From contig CAOKQM010000003.1 of NCBI GenBank assembly GCA_948470875.1, positions 5,522 through 69,521 on the forward strand: 64,000 bases of DNA, in the 5' to 3' direction. A model generated the notes under the pieces. That model had not been told where the DNA came from. It did no database searches and saw only the letters and a program-made list of their open reading frames with translations. Both the position numbers and the translations under genes were made by a program. Origin of the DNA: an uncultured Clostridium sp. (GTDB lineage Bacteria > Bacillota > Clostridia > TANB77 > CAG-508). Shown in pieces: positions 50,700 to 61,870 of the stretch; the stretch's first letter is position 1; each line of letters begins with the position of its first letter.

Positions 50700-50737
50700 A
50701 AATGATGTAGCCATAAAACTCTACATCATTTTTTCTC

Positions 50738-51265
50738 CTAATCTTCACAATCACAATATTTTCTCTTCAACATCTCAAAAATCTTAATATGATTTTCTTC
50801 ATCCATAATTATTCTAGCAAATATCATTTTAAGATGATCACACTCACAACTTTCTATTAAATGTTTATAACCTTCAATTGCTCCTTTTTCTGATTCAATA
50901 TTATAATCCAGCATTTCCATTAAACCATTAAAACTCGATTTCACATTATCTGAACACCATTTGTTCCCATATGTACTCATATAATACGGCTCAAGTCCAA
51001 GCTCGACCAACATTTCCCCCAACAATTCCAAATGCTTCATTTCTTGTTTTGAAATCGCTTTTAAAAGAAGAACAACATCTTGAGCTTCCTCATTTGTTAA
51101 ATATTGAAAAACATAGCTTAAAATAGTAGTGAGCTCACTTTTACTTCCCGCATAAGCTTCATAAACCAATCTTCCAAATTGATGATTTGGCTTAATATTT
51201 TCCACTTTTGGATAAGCAGCACGATTCATTTCTTTTATCACATAATTCAATTCTTGCAAACTCAT
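50738..51265 (-). CDS. ferritin-like / Mn-catalase-fold protein (CotJC paralogue-like)
   Basis: 175 aa from MSLQELNY (RBS AAAGGAGG). SKSELTTILSYVFQ, KQEMKHLELLGEML and DEENHIKIF mirror the E / ExxH / ExxH metal ligands seen in the split cotJC. Confidence 0.65.
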   Translation of the reverse strand: MSLQELNYVIKEMNRAAYPKVENIKPNHQFGRLVYEAYAGSKSELTTILSYVFQYLTNEEAQDVVLLLKAISKQEMKHLELLGEMLVELGLEPYYMSTYGNKWCSDNVKSSFNGLMEMLDYNIESEKGAIEGYKHLIESCECDHLKMIFARIIMDEENHIKIFEMLKRKYCDCED

Positions 51266-51448
51266 AAAAAAACCTCCTTTTTGCATATCATATGCAAAAA
51301 AGAAGTTTTCGTGAAAATCAGCAATATTAATTCTAACTCCCCTACCAGCGAAGTTGCCACTAGCAAAACCTAATCATAGCCACAAATTATCTGTCGGTAG
51401 AGCTTAGGCTGGAGGTTTCAAAGGGACCAGCCGTTGGTCCCTTTAGCC

Positions 51449-52781
<1,333 letters not shown>

Positions 52782-52891
52782 TTATCATATTTATTCTTGT
52801 AGTTTTCTTGCTCATTTCTGAGCGCTACTTCCATAAATTGATCTTTATTTCATACATCCTTACCACTTTCATGAAAGGAGGTGATGTATGT

Positions 52892-53011
52892 ATGAGATTT
52901 CTAAATGAAAAACAAAATAAAAAACTTAAAAGCTTTGTATCTGCTTTCGGAAAACACACTCTTTTTATACTTACTCTTGTTGAAAAAATAATAAACATCT
53001 TTGGCTTTTAA
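52892..53011 (+). CDS. 39-aa hypothetical peptide
   Basis: MRFLNEKQNKKLKSFVSAFGKHTLFILTLVEKIINIFGF; RBS GAAAGGAGGTGA. A terminator follows directly. Confidence 0.4.
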   Translation: MRFLNEKQNKKLKSFVSAFGKHTLFILTLVEKIINIFGF

Positions 53012-53014
53012 GTA

Positions 53015-53052
53015 AAAAATAGGTAGCTTAAACCAGAAGCTACCTATTTTTA
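53015..53052. terminator. bidirectional terminator (small ORF / trpS)
   Basis: AAAAATAGGTAGCTT-loop-AAGCTACCTATTTTT. Confidence 0.7.
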
Positions 53053-53157
53053 TTTGAGATTTCTAAATGATTTTATACAATATATTTTAATTTCATATAT
53101 CCTATACATATATATTATACTATTTTTTTATTTTTGTCAATGTTTAAATAGGTTTTT

Positions 53158-54150
53158 TTAAATTATTAATCCAATTTTTTGATAAACATCTTGTACGATT
53201 TTGTTGGCTCTGTTTTTTGCTTTTTTAGCTCCTTGCTCATATATAGCTCTTAACTTTTCTGGATTTTTCAATAATTGATGATATTTTTGTTGTAACGGTT
53301 CTAGTTTCTTTATAACAGCTTCTGCCGTTTTATTTTTAAATTCTCCATATCCAATTCCTGCAAATTCCTTTTCAATTTCCTCCATCGATTTTTCTTCGAG
53401 TAAGCCATAAATTGTCATTAAATTGCTAACACCTGGCTTGTTTTCTTTGTCATACCTAACACAGTTTTCAGAGTCAGTGACTGCTTTTTTGAATTTTTTT
53501 CGAATATCTTCTGGCGAATCGGTTAAAAAAATGACATCATTTAGATTGGTCGTGCTTTTACTCATTTTAGACGTTGGATTTTGAAGTCCCATAATTCTAG
53601 CGCCTTGTTTTCCAATAAAAGCTTCTGGTATCACAAATGTTTCACCATAAATCGAATTAAACCTTTCGGCAATATCACGTGTTATTTCCAAATGTTGTCT
53701 TTGATCATCGCCAACTGGCACTAAATCTGCATTATAAACTAAAATATCTGCTGCCATTAAAACTGGATAAGTAAATAATCCACTATTGATATTATCTGCA
53801 TGTTTAGCTGATTTATCCTTAAATTGTGTCATACGATTTAATTCGCCCATATAAGTATAACAATTCAAAATCCACGACAATTTTGTATGTGCGTTAACAT
53901 GTGACTGCAAAAATATCGTATTTTTGTCTGGGTCAAGACCTGCTGCTACATAAATTGCCAAAACTTGCATAGCACGTTTTCGCAAAATCTCTGGCTCATT
54001 TCGAACAGTTAAAGAATGCAAATCTGCAATCATATAATAACAATCGTATTCATCTTGCATTTTTACCCAATTACAAATAGCTCCTAAATAATTTCCAAGT
54101 GTTAAATTTCCTGTGGCCTGGATCCCACTTAATATCGTTTTTTTTTCCAT
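53158..54150 (-). CDS. trpS: tryptophan--tRNA ligase
   Basis: 330 aa; class I motifs (GIQATGNLTLGNYLG, KMSKS). Confidence 0.95.
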   Translation of the reverse strand: MEKKTILSGIQATGNLTLGNYLGAICNWVKMQDEYDCYYMIADLHSLTVRNEPEILRKRAMQVLAIYVAAGLDPDKNTIFLQSHVNAHTKLSWILNCYTYMGELNRMTQFKDKSAKHADNINSGLFTYPVLMAADILVYNADLVPVGDDQRQHLEITRDIAERFNSIYGETFVIPEAFIGKQGARIMGLQNPTSKMSKSTTNLNDVIFLTDSPEDIRKKFKKAVTDSENCVRYDKENKPGVSNLMTIYGLLEEKSMEEIEKEFAGIGYGEFKNKTAEAVIKKLEPLQQKYHQLLKNPEKLRAIYEQGAKKAKNRANKIVQDVYQKIGLII

Positions 54151-54172
54151 TTTTCCATTCTCCTTATTTATT

Positions 54173-54247
54173 TTATGCTAAAACTATATTAAGTTTGCGC
54201 CGCCATCGTTTCATTCTATAAATTTCTTTAAAAATTGATATTTTCAT
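54173..54247 (-). CDS. 24-codon upstream ORF in the trpS leader (candidate leader peptide)
   Basis: Own translation: MKISIFKEIYRMKRWRRKLNIVLA, with RBS AAGGAG. It has a single Trp codon followed by CGG CGC. Confidence 0.3.
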   Translation of the reverse strand: MKISIFKEIYRMKRWRRKLNIVLA

Positions 54248-54272
54248 GTTTTTCTCCTTAAATGATGTTTCT

Positions 54273-54301
54273 ATTATACCGTATTTTATTCAAATTTGCA
54301 A
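54273..54301 (-). promoter_or_regulatory. sigma-A-type promoter candidate for trpS (TTGCAA-17-TATAAT)
   Basis: Reverse strand reads TTGCAA atttgaataaaatacgg TATAAT. Confidence 0.5.
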
Positions 54302-54337
54302 GTTTTGTATTTCATCTTTTCAAAATTTGCCAAAATT

Positions 54338-54372
54338 ACAAAAAATGGAAACAATTCTATCATTTCCATTTT
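54338..54372 (-). terminator. terminator after ileS
   Basis: Reverse strand reads AAAAATGGAAA-loop-TTTCCATTTTT. Confidence 0.65.
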
Positions 54373-54385
54373 TGTTGTATTTTTA

Positions 54386-57163
54386 CTACTTCAATGCTTC
54401 AATACAAGTATGACACAATTCTGGATTCTCTTTATCTTCTCCTACTGTTGACGAGTATTTCCAACATCTTTCGCATTTGTCGCCTTCTGCTTTTTGCACT
54501 TCTATCCCAATACCAACTTCTTCATCTTGATTTCTTCGATTTTCACTAATTTCCAATCCTGAAACCTGACAAATTTCTTTTAATAATTCTACCTTATCTT
54601 TGATGAAATCATATTCTTCTGCTTCTGCATACAAAATCACTTTTGCTTCTAATGCTAAACCAATTTTCTTTTCTGCTCTTGCTTTTTCTAGCATTTTTGC
54701 AACTGCATCTTTGATTTTTATCAATCTTTCCCATTTCAACTCCAAAGCTTCATTTTCAAATTTGGCATTTATCTTTGGATAATACTCTAACATCACACTT
54801 TCTGTATTTTCACCAGTTTTATGTGGCATATATTTCCAAATTTCTTCCGCTGTAAAACACGTCATTGGAGCTAAAATTCGAACCAAAGCAGATAAAATTT
54901 CATACATCGCTGTTTGTGCGGCTCTTCTTTCCTTTGACTCTGCACGATATGTGTATAACCTATCTTTAATAATATCCAAATAAAACGCACTCATATCCAC
55001 CACGCAAAACTGGTTTAACGCACGATACGCAATATGGAAATCATAGGTATCATATGCTTTTGTACAATCCTTAATCAAGCGATTTAATTTCGTTAATGCC
55101 CATTTATCAATTTCCATTAAATTCTCATATGGCACAGGATTATTCACATCAAAATCAGAAATATTACCCAAAATATACCTTGCTGTATTTCTAATTTTAC
55201 GATATACTTCTGTCACCTGTTTAATAATATCTTTAGAAACGCTAATATCGGATTTATAATCAGATGCTAAAACCCAAAGTCTTAAAACATCTGCACCTGA
55301 AGTATTTATCACATCTTTTGGATCAATTCCATTACCAATTGATTTAGACATTTTTCTTCCCTTTTCATCTACTGTATAACCATGTGTCAAAACTTCTTTA
55401 TAAGGCGCTTTTCCTTTTGTAGCAACTGATGTCAAAATCGAAGATTGGAACCAACCACGATATTGGTCGCTTCCTTCCAAATACAAATCTGCTTCTGGAA
55501 GTCCACGCTCTGCCAAAACCGATTCATGTGTCGAACCAGAATCAAACCATACATCCATAATATCTGTTTCTTTTACAAACTTCGTACAACCACATTCACA
55601 TTTAGCACCTTCTGGAATCAGTTCTTCAGCAGGCATGTCAAACCAAGCATTTGAGCCTTTTTGGGCAAATATTTTTTGTATTTTTTCTAAAGATTGAGAC
55701 GTAACATATTCTTTTTCGCAGGTCTCACAATAAAATACTGGAATTGGAACGCCCCATGTACGCTGACGCGAAATACACCAATCGTTTCTATCTTCCACCA
55801 TTTTTGTGATTCTTTCTTCGCCCCAAGCAGGATACCATTTAACACCTTTAATTGCTTCCAATGTTTGTTTTCGGAATCCATCAACTGATGCAAACCATTG
55901 GCTTGTAGCACGGAAAATAATTGGCTTTTTACATCTCCAACAATGTGGATACGAATGATTTACTTTTTGGCTTGCTAACAACAAACCATTTTCTTCTAGC
56001 CAACTAATTATCGTTTTATTGGATTTAGCATAATATTGCCCTGCAAATGGTCCAGCAGCTTCTGTTTGGTGACCTTTGCTATCTACACAAACCACAATTT
56101 CCAAATTATTTTTCAAGCCACACAAATAATCTTCTTTACCATACCCTGGAGCTGTATGAACAGCGCCAGTACCAGTTTCCAATTCCACCACAATCGTATC
56201 ATCTGAACCTAAAACAACTCTAGAATCTCGCTCCAAAAATGGATGTTTACAAATCACGCCTTCTAACTCTTTTCCTTCCCATTCTTGAAGTGTTTTATAA
56301 TTTTCAATACCTGCAATTGTCATTACTTTTGGAACCAATTCACTTGCTATAATCACTTTTTCTGTTCCGATGTCAACTAAACTATATTTAAAATCTCCAC
56401 CAATTGTAATTCCCATATTTCCAGGAAGTGTCCAAGGTGTTGTGGTCCAAATCACAATAAACGTATCTTTTTCGTCGAATTTGCCTTTGGCATCTTTAAC
56501 TGGAAATTTGACATACGCTGTCGCTGAGTCCACGTCTTTGTATTCAATTTCAGCTTCTGCTAGCGCAGTTTCACAGTCTGTGCACCAATACACCGGCTTC
56601 AAACCTTTATAAATATAGCCTTTTTTAAACATTTCACCAAAAACGCCAATTTGCTTGGCTTCCATTTCTGGTTGATACGTAATATATGGATTTTCCCAAT
56701 CACCTAAAACGCCCAGTCTTTTGAAACCTTCAATTTGTTTGTCTTTATACTCAAATGTAAACTGTTTACAAGTATCTCTAAACTCTGAAACAGGAATTTC
56801 ATCTCGATTTAAGCCCAACTTTTCAATCGCTTTTTTCTCTGTTGGCATACCATGTGTATCAAATCCTGGAATATACGGTGTGTAAAAACCTTGCAGATTT
56901 TTGTAACGCACAATAGTATCTTTTAGAATTTTATTTAGTGCATGACCTAAATGAATTTCTCCATTGGCATATGGCGGACCATCATGCAATACAAATGGCT
57001 TCTTGCCTTCGTTTTTCTTTAGCATTTTTTCATACAAACCTCGCTCAAAAACTCCTTCTAATGTTTTTGGTTCATTTTCTGGCAAATTTCCTCTCATTGG
57101 AAAATCTGTTTTTGGCAAATTCAAAGTTTTGCCATAATCCATTTTTGATTCACTCATTTTCAT
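54386..57163 (-). CDS. ileS: isoleucine--tRNA ligase
   Basis: 925 aa; PYANGEIHLGHALN (HIGH), KMSKS, editing domain, and C-terminal zinc knuckles CERCWKY...CHTC. Confidence 0.96.
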   Translation of the reverse strand: MKMSESKMDYGKTLNLPKTDFPMRGNLPENEPKTLEGVFERGLYEKMLKKNEGKKPFVLHDGPPYANGEIHLGHALNKILKDTIVRYKNLQGFYTPYIPGFDTHGMPTEKKAIEKLGLNRDEIPVSEFRDTCKQFTFEYKDKQIEGFKRLGVLGDWENPYITYQPEMEAKQIGVFGEMFKKGYIYKGLKPVYWCTDCETALAEAEIEYKDVDSATAYVKFPVKDAKGKFDEKDTFIVIWTTTPWTLPGNMGITIGGDFKYSLVDIGTEKVIIASELVPKVMTIAGIENYKTLQEWEGKELEGVICKHPFLERDSRVVLGSDDTIVVELETGTGAVHTAPGYGKEDYLCGLKNNLEIVVCVDSKGHQTEAAGPFAGQYYAKSNKTIISWLEENGLLLASQKVNHSYPHCWRCKKPIIFRATSQWFASVDGFRKQTLEAIKGVKWYPAWGEERITKMVEDRNDWCISRQRTWGVPIPVFYCETCEKEYVTSQSLEKIQKIFAQKGSNAWFDMPAEELIPEGAKCECGCTKFVKETDIMDVWFDSGSTHESVLAERGLPEADLYLEGSDQYRGWFQSSILTSVATKGKAPYKEVLTHGYTVDEKGRKMSKSIGNGIDPKDVINTSGADVLRLWVLASDYKSDISVSKDIIKQVTEVYRKIRNTARYILGNISDFDVNNPVPYENLMEIDKWALTKLNRLIKDCTKAYDTYDFHIAYRALNQFCVVDMSAFYLDIIKDRLYTYRAESKERRAAQTAMYEILSALVRILAPMTCFTAEEIWKYMPHKTGENTESVMLEYYPKINAKFENEALELKWERLIKIKDAVAKMLEKARAEKKIGLALEAKVILYAEAEEYDFIKDKVELLKEICQVSGLEISENRRNQDEEVGIGIEVQKAEGDKCERCWKYSSTVGEDKENPELCHTCIEALK

Positions 57164-57171
57164 TCCTCCTT

Positions 57172-57495
57172 TTAATTTAGTTTAAACTTTATAATCTTTA
57201 CAATCGTATCTTCTGTAACTGGCTGTTCATAATATCTTGAATAAGTTTCATACATTTCTTTGTCACTCGAAAACTTTTCATGTCCATCAAAATCTTCTTC
57301 CCTTAAATCTTTAAAAGGTACTTCTCGAACCGAAGCCACTTTTGCTTTTGCAAACTCCTCTTTTGTCTCCCAAACCAACAAAGACAATTCATCATTTACT
57401 TGAATATCTTTATCATCAAAAATTCTCCAAGTAGTTGTTTTTTCCCCCTTTAAAATCAATTCACTTAAACACTTTCTAAATTTTAAAGTTTTCAT
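57172..57495 (-). CDS. ASCH domain protein
   Basis: 107 aa; MKTLKFRKCLSELILKGEKTTTWRIFDD... beta-barrel ASCH pattern. It lies between the T-box leader and ileS. Confidence 0.6.
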   Translation of the reverse strand: MKTLKFRKCLSELILKGEKTTTWRIFDDKDIQVNDELSLLVWETKEEFAKAKVASVREVPFKDLREEDFDGHEKFSSDKEMYETYSRYYEQPVTEDTIVKIIKFKLN

Positions 57496-57563
57496 ACAAA
57501 ATCCATCTCCTTTTAAATTAAAACTCTTTCAAGAAGGATAGAGTCATTCCCTCCAATTATATC

Positions 57564-57820
57564 AAAAAACGTATTCATCCTTTCCATAGGACGAATACGT
57601 TTTAATCCGCGGTACCACCTAAATTAAAAATTCTAAGAATTTTTCTCTTCCTTTCTTTTAACGCAAGAAGCACGGATTGCCCTAGTTTCAATTTTCAAGC
57701 AATCAACTCCAAGGTGATAAATCATAATCTATTTTCTTACCAAAATTTCAGCTTTTATTTGGCTCTCTAAAAGTTTTACTATTATGAATCGTGTCCTTTT
57801 CTTTGTTTTTGATTTTATAT
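57564..57820 (-). promoter_or_regulatory. T-box leader, Ile specifier (controls the ASCH gene and ileS), with terminator hairpin at 57564-57601
   Basis: Reverse strand shows the AGAGAG box (57763-57768), a candidate specifier ATC followed by A (57716-57718), the T-box sequence AATTTAGGTGGTACCGCGG (57607-57619), then ACGTATTC...GAATACGT plus a T run. Confidence 0.8.
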
Positions 57821-57827
57821 ATTTATT

Positions 57828-57856
57828 ATATTATCATATTTCAGGGTTTCTGTCAA
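57828..57856 (-). promoter_or_regulatory. sigma-A-type promoter for the T-box leader (TTGACA-17-TAATAT)
   Basis: Reverse strand reads TTGACA gaaaccctgaaatatga TAATAT. Confidence 0.55.
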
Positions 57857-57914
57857 TCACGTTTTCACGCATTTTTTCATATGATACATAAAAAATAAGA
57901 AAGGATTTTAAAAA

Positions 57915-58740
57915 ATGGTTATTTTACGTTTAAATTCAACTGGTCCTTATGTAGAATTGCTACAAAGTACGTTAAAAAAACTTGGTTTTTACCGTGGTGC
58001 CATTGATGGAAATTTTGGCATTCAAACAGAAAATGCAGTTAAAAATTTCCAAAGAAATTTTGGCTTAACAAGTGACGGCATTGTTGGCAATCGTACATGG
58101 GATGCTTTATTTCCTTACATAAATGGTTATACAACCTATACTATAAAAAGTGGTGATACGCTTTTTAGAATTGCAAGGAATTTCTCCACAACACTTGACA
58201 GCATAATTTATGCAAATCCAGATATTGATTCCGAGAATTTACAAATTGGTGAGCAAATCATTGTGCCTTTTGGCTCGGTTGTTCCAACCAATATCAGTTA
58301 CACTTCTGATTTTATGGAAATGAATTTGTCTGCTTTAAAAACAATTTATCCATTCCTAGAAATTTCGCTAATTGGCACAAGTGTTTTAGGCAAAAATATT
58401 CCGGTGGTTAAATTCGGAAATGGTTCAAAAGAGGTATTTTACTGTGCTTCAACTCATCGGAAATGAATGGATTACAACACCTCTACTAATGAAATTCTTA
58501 GAAAATTTGTCAAAGAGTTATGTTAATGGAATGCAGATTTATGGCAAAGACCCTCGAGAACTATTTTCAGAAGTATCACTTTATTTGGTGCCAATGGTCA
58601 ACCCAGATGGTGTCGACCTAGTAACTGGTTTAATTTCCGAAGGTTCACGTGCTTATTCACAAGCTCAAGCAATTGCTAATAATTTCCCAGACATTCCATT
58701 CCCAAGTGGGTGGAAAGCAAATATAGAAGGGATTGACTTT
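57915..58740 (+). pseudogene. gamma-D-glutamyl-diaminopimelate peptidase-like M14 protein (PG-binding plus LysM plus M14); extra-C frameshift, and 3' end cut off by an insertion
   Basis: PG_binding ([24 protein letters not shown]) and LysM ([16 protein letters not shown]) domains. Removing C 58458 (CAT-C-GGA) gives [18 protein letters not shown] (HxxE), then VPMVNPDGVDL and WKANIEGID. After that the sequence becomes unrelated (FQKVNPIFSSVIAE*). Confidence 0.8.
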
Positions 58741-58874
58741 CAAAAAGTCAATCCCATTTTTTCTTCTGTAATTGCTGAGTAGCAACAATTACACATATTT
58801 TTATTTTTTCTTGTTAAACCTCGACTTTCATTCCATTTGTTTGATTTTAACTTCCACTTTTACCATTTGTAAAG

Positions 58875-60521
58875 TTACACAACTTTACGTTTTGAATTTA
58901 TAATTTCGTTAATTTCTATAAATTCATCGAAGTTTTGACTAATAATATTTAATTTTGAAAAATTAAAATGAATATATATATTTTTATCTTTGTCTATTTC
59001 TATTTTTTTAATTAGTCTATATAAACTCATTTTAGTAATCTCTTTTTGACTTAAAAACTCTCTAATATAGTTCTCACAGTCTTCATTTTCTACTTTTGCA
59101 GACATAATATTATGTCCTAGATTTTCAAGTTTGATTTCAACTTCTGTTTTCTCATTAATTAAACGGTTTCTATCTTTTACAAAACTTTCAGAATATCTTT
59201 TATAATCTTCATTAGTTATAATGTCATTTAATCTATCTTGATAAATTTTATCTAGCTTTAAATTAATATCTTTAATTTCTTTATCAATATCCTTGATATT
59301 TTTTTGATATTTTTCCCTAATATCTGTAGTTTTAGAAATTAAGTTTTCATATAATTCATAAAATACAGATTCACTATGGTACATCTCACAAATTTGTTTT
59401 ATAATATCAATCATTTTCTCTTCAAATTTGTAATAATTCATATTTAAAGCATAACAACCTCTTGGCTTATGATCACTACAAGTTATGTAAGGTCTTTTTT
59501 GACTTTGTCTTTTAGCATTTTTCTTTAATACTATTTGCAATTTTCTACCACAATGTTTGCAATAAATTAGACCTCTAAATAAATACTCATATTTCAATTT
59601 TGTATTTCTTCCTCTTGCATTTGCTACTACTTGTATTCTATCAAACATATCTTTATCAATTATTGGCTCATGAGTATTATTTACTCTTATTCTTTCAGAT
59701 TCATCAGTTTTTCTTGTTTTCTTTACCTTATAAGATATAACTGGTGTTTTATTTTGTACTAAATTGCCTATATACGCTTCATTTTTAAGCATATTCATTA
59801 TACCAACTTCATTCCATTGCTTCTCACAAGTTTCGTCTTGCACTTTTCCAAATTGCCTATAACATCTTGGTGGTAAATAATGATTTTGATTTAAATATTT
59901 AACTATATTCACACTTCCAATTCCATTATCATACATTTCAAAAATTTTCTTTACTATATGAGAAACATTATAATCTATTGTTAGTTTGTTTTTTATATTA
60001 GGATGTCTTTTATAACCATAGGGAGGAGTACTACACATAAATTCACCATTTTTTTGTTTTTCTCTTAAAACACTTTTAACTTTTTTTGAAATATCTTTAG
60101 CATACATATCATTTAGTATTGCTTTAAATGGTGTTATATCATTTGTACTCGAATCTATAAAAGTATCTATTCCATCTAAAATTGAAACATATCTAACATG
60201 ATTTTCCGGAAAAAAGTTTTCAATGTAATATCCAGTTTGAATATAATCTCTTCCAAGTCTTGATAAATCCTTTGTAATAACCATATCAATTTTTTTAGAC
60301 TTTATATCTTCAATCATTCTCATAAAAGAAGGTCTATTAAAAGTTGTACCAGACCAACCGTCATCTACATATTCTTCAGCGTAACTTAAATCACTCTCCC
60401 TTAAAAATCTTTCAATAATTTTTCGTTGGTTTCCTATACTCTCACTTTCTTGTTTGTCTCCATCGTCTCTTGAAAGTCTAATATAAGCACCAACCTTAAA
60501 GTTTGTTCTTGTGATGTTCAT
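58875..60521 (-). CDS. large serine recombinase
   Basis: 548 aa; VGAYIRLSRDDGDKQESESIGNQRKII, ITKDLSRLGRDY, zinc ribbon CKHCGRKL...CSDHKPRGC, coiled-coil tail. Confidence 0.9.
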   Translation of the reverse strand: MNITRTNFKVGAYIRLSRDDGDKQESESIGNQRKIIERFLRESDLSYAEEYVDDGWSGTTFNRPSFMRMIEDIKSKKIDMVITKDLSRLGRDYIQTGYYIENFFPENHVRYVSILDGIDTFIDSSTNDITPFKAILNDMYAKDISKKVKSVLREKQKNGEFMCSTPPYGYKRHPNIKNKLTIDYNVSHIVKKIFEMYDNGIGSVNIVKYLNQNHYLPPRCYRQFGKVQDETCEKQWNEVGIMNMLKNEAYIGNLVQNKTPVISYKVKKTRKTDESERIRVNNTHEPIIDKDMFDRIQVVANARGRNTKLKYEYLFRGLIYCKHCGRKLQIVLKKNAKRQSQKRPYITCSDHKPRGCYALNMNYYKFEEKMIDIIKQICEMYHSESVFYELYENLISKTTDIREKYQKNIKDIDKEIKDINLKLDKIYQDRLNDIITNEDYKRYSESFVKDRNRLINEKTEVEIKLENLGHNIMSAKVENEDCENYIREFLSQKEITKMSLYRLIKKIEIDKDKNIYIHFNFSKLNIISQNFDEFIEINEIINSKRKVV

Positions 60522-60591
60522 ATCTTACCTTTCTACTAGTAATCATCACATGATTACATAGTAACACAATACGACTTTGCTTTTCAAACAC

Positions 60592-60738
60592 CTATGAAAT
60601 TTTTTTATCTTTTTCTTTTATTTTTTCTTGAACATAATCTATAAATATTAGTCCTATAGTCTTTTCTACATCATTTTCATCATTTGAAAAACAACAGTAA
60701 ATTTTAAAATCTTTCTTTTTTGTTTTATTTTTGCACAT
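60592..60738 (-). CDS. 48-aa ORF immediately upstream of the recombinase (candidate excision or directionality factor)
   Basis: Own translation: MCKNKTKKKDFKIYCCFSNDENDVEKTIGLIFIDYVQEKIKEKDKKIS; RBS GAGGTGGA. It resembles the 18473..18616 ORF in position and pattern. Confidence 0.4.
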   Translation of the reverse strand: MCKNKTKKKDFKIYCCFSNDENDVEKTIGLIFIDYVQEKIKEKDKKIS

Positions 60739-60782
60739 TTAAATCCACCTCTCATAAAAATCCTATTCTCTTTAGTCAATTT

Positions 60783-61760
60783 TTATGATTTATTTTCTTT
60801 ACTACTATCTATAAAGTTTTTTATTACCGACCTTAATCTATCTACTGGAAAATCAAATAAAATACTTACACATTCAAAAGTTTTATTTAAAGAATATTTA
60901 AGCCAACTATTATTTTTCTTTATTTTAAAATACTCATCTTTAAGCTCATTATAATTATTTTCAAGTTTTTCCACTCTTTCTAAAGTTTTCTCATTAATAA
61001 CTTTTATTCTTGTATATTGTTTTGCTAAAGTATTAAATTTTCTAATTACTCTCTTATAATCTTCTTTTAATACTTGAATATTATCTGTTTCAAGCTCTTT
61101 TTCATAATTTATAGCTTGTTTTTCAAATTCTTGAACTTCATAATTAGTTATTACTTTTAATTTCTCTATTGGTATATGCTCATTTTTTTCAGTTTCACCT
61201 CTACTTAGCTCAAATCCCGCTCTTGTCATATATTTATAGAAATTATTTTGTAAAACCTTATAACTATTTTTTCCTTGCCAAAATTCACTACAAGAAATTT
61301 TATCGATTACTTTTCCACTTTTTTTATCCATTTTGTGTACAACTGGAATAAAAACCAAGTGCATATGTGGAGTTGTTTCGTCCATATGTACTTTTGCAGA
61401 AATAATATATTGTTCTCCTAAGTTCTTAAATCCTGCAACAAATTTATATGCTGTTTCAAAGTATCTCTTTGTTTCTTTTTCTCCAATTTCTTCAAAAAAT
61501 TCTTTGCTCGAAGTTATAACATATTCACAAGCTACATTAGATATTTTCTTTAGTCTTCCTTGCAAATTATACGCATTTTTTATCTCATTAAATCTCTTAC
61601 TATATGGTACATTACAAAGTTTTATTGAATAGTTATGTATTCCATTTAATTTATTTATATCTTTATTAGAATAGTTAGTATTTTTTCTCTCGTTATGCCT
61701 AAAAATTCCATTCAGTTGTCCTATTGTATATTTAGTATTTCTAATTATCGCATAACCCAC
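60783..61760 (-). CDS. MobV-family relaxase (plasmid recombination enzyme Pre/Mob)
   Basis: 325 aa; N-terminal MGYAIIRNTKY...FRHNER and the HxDE..PHxH motif VHMDETTPHMHLVFIPVV. Confidence 0.85.
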   Translation of the reverse strand: MGYAIIRNTKYTIGQLNGIFRHNERKNTNYSNKDINKLNGIHNYSIKLCNVPYSKRFNEIKNAYNLQGRLKKISNVACEYVITSSKEFFEEIGEKETKRYFETAYKFVAGFKNLGEQYIISAKVHMDETTPHMHLVFIPVVHKMDKKSGKVIDKISCSEFWQGKNSYKVLQNNFYKYMTRAGFELSRGETEKNEHIPIEKLKVITNYEVQEFEKQAINYEKELETDNIQVLKEDYKRVIRKFNTLAKQYTRIKVINEKTLERVEKLENNYNELKDEYFKIKKNNSWLKYSLNKTFECVSILFDFPVDRLRSVIKNFIDSSKENKS

Positions 61761-61870
61761 TTAGACATCTCCTTAATTTTTATCTTGCTTTTTCTTCGTA
61801 GAATTACTAATATTCTGCTATATTTTTTTGACTCTAATAACATAAGCAATTTTTTTGCTCTAACATACTA

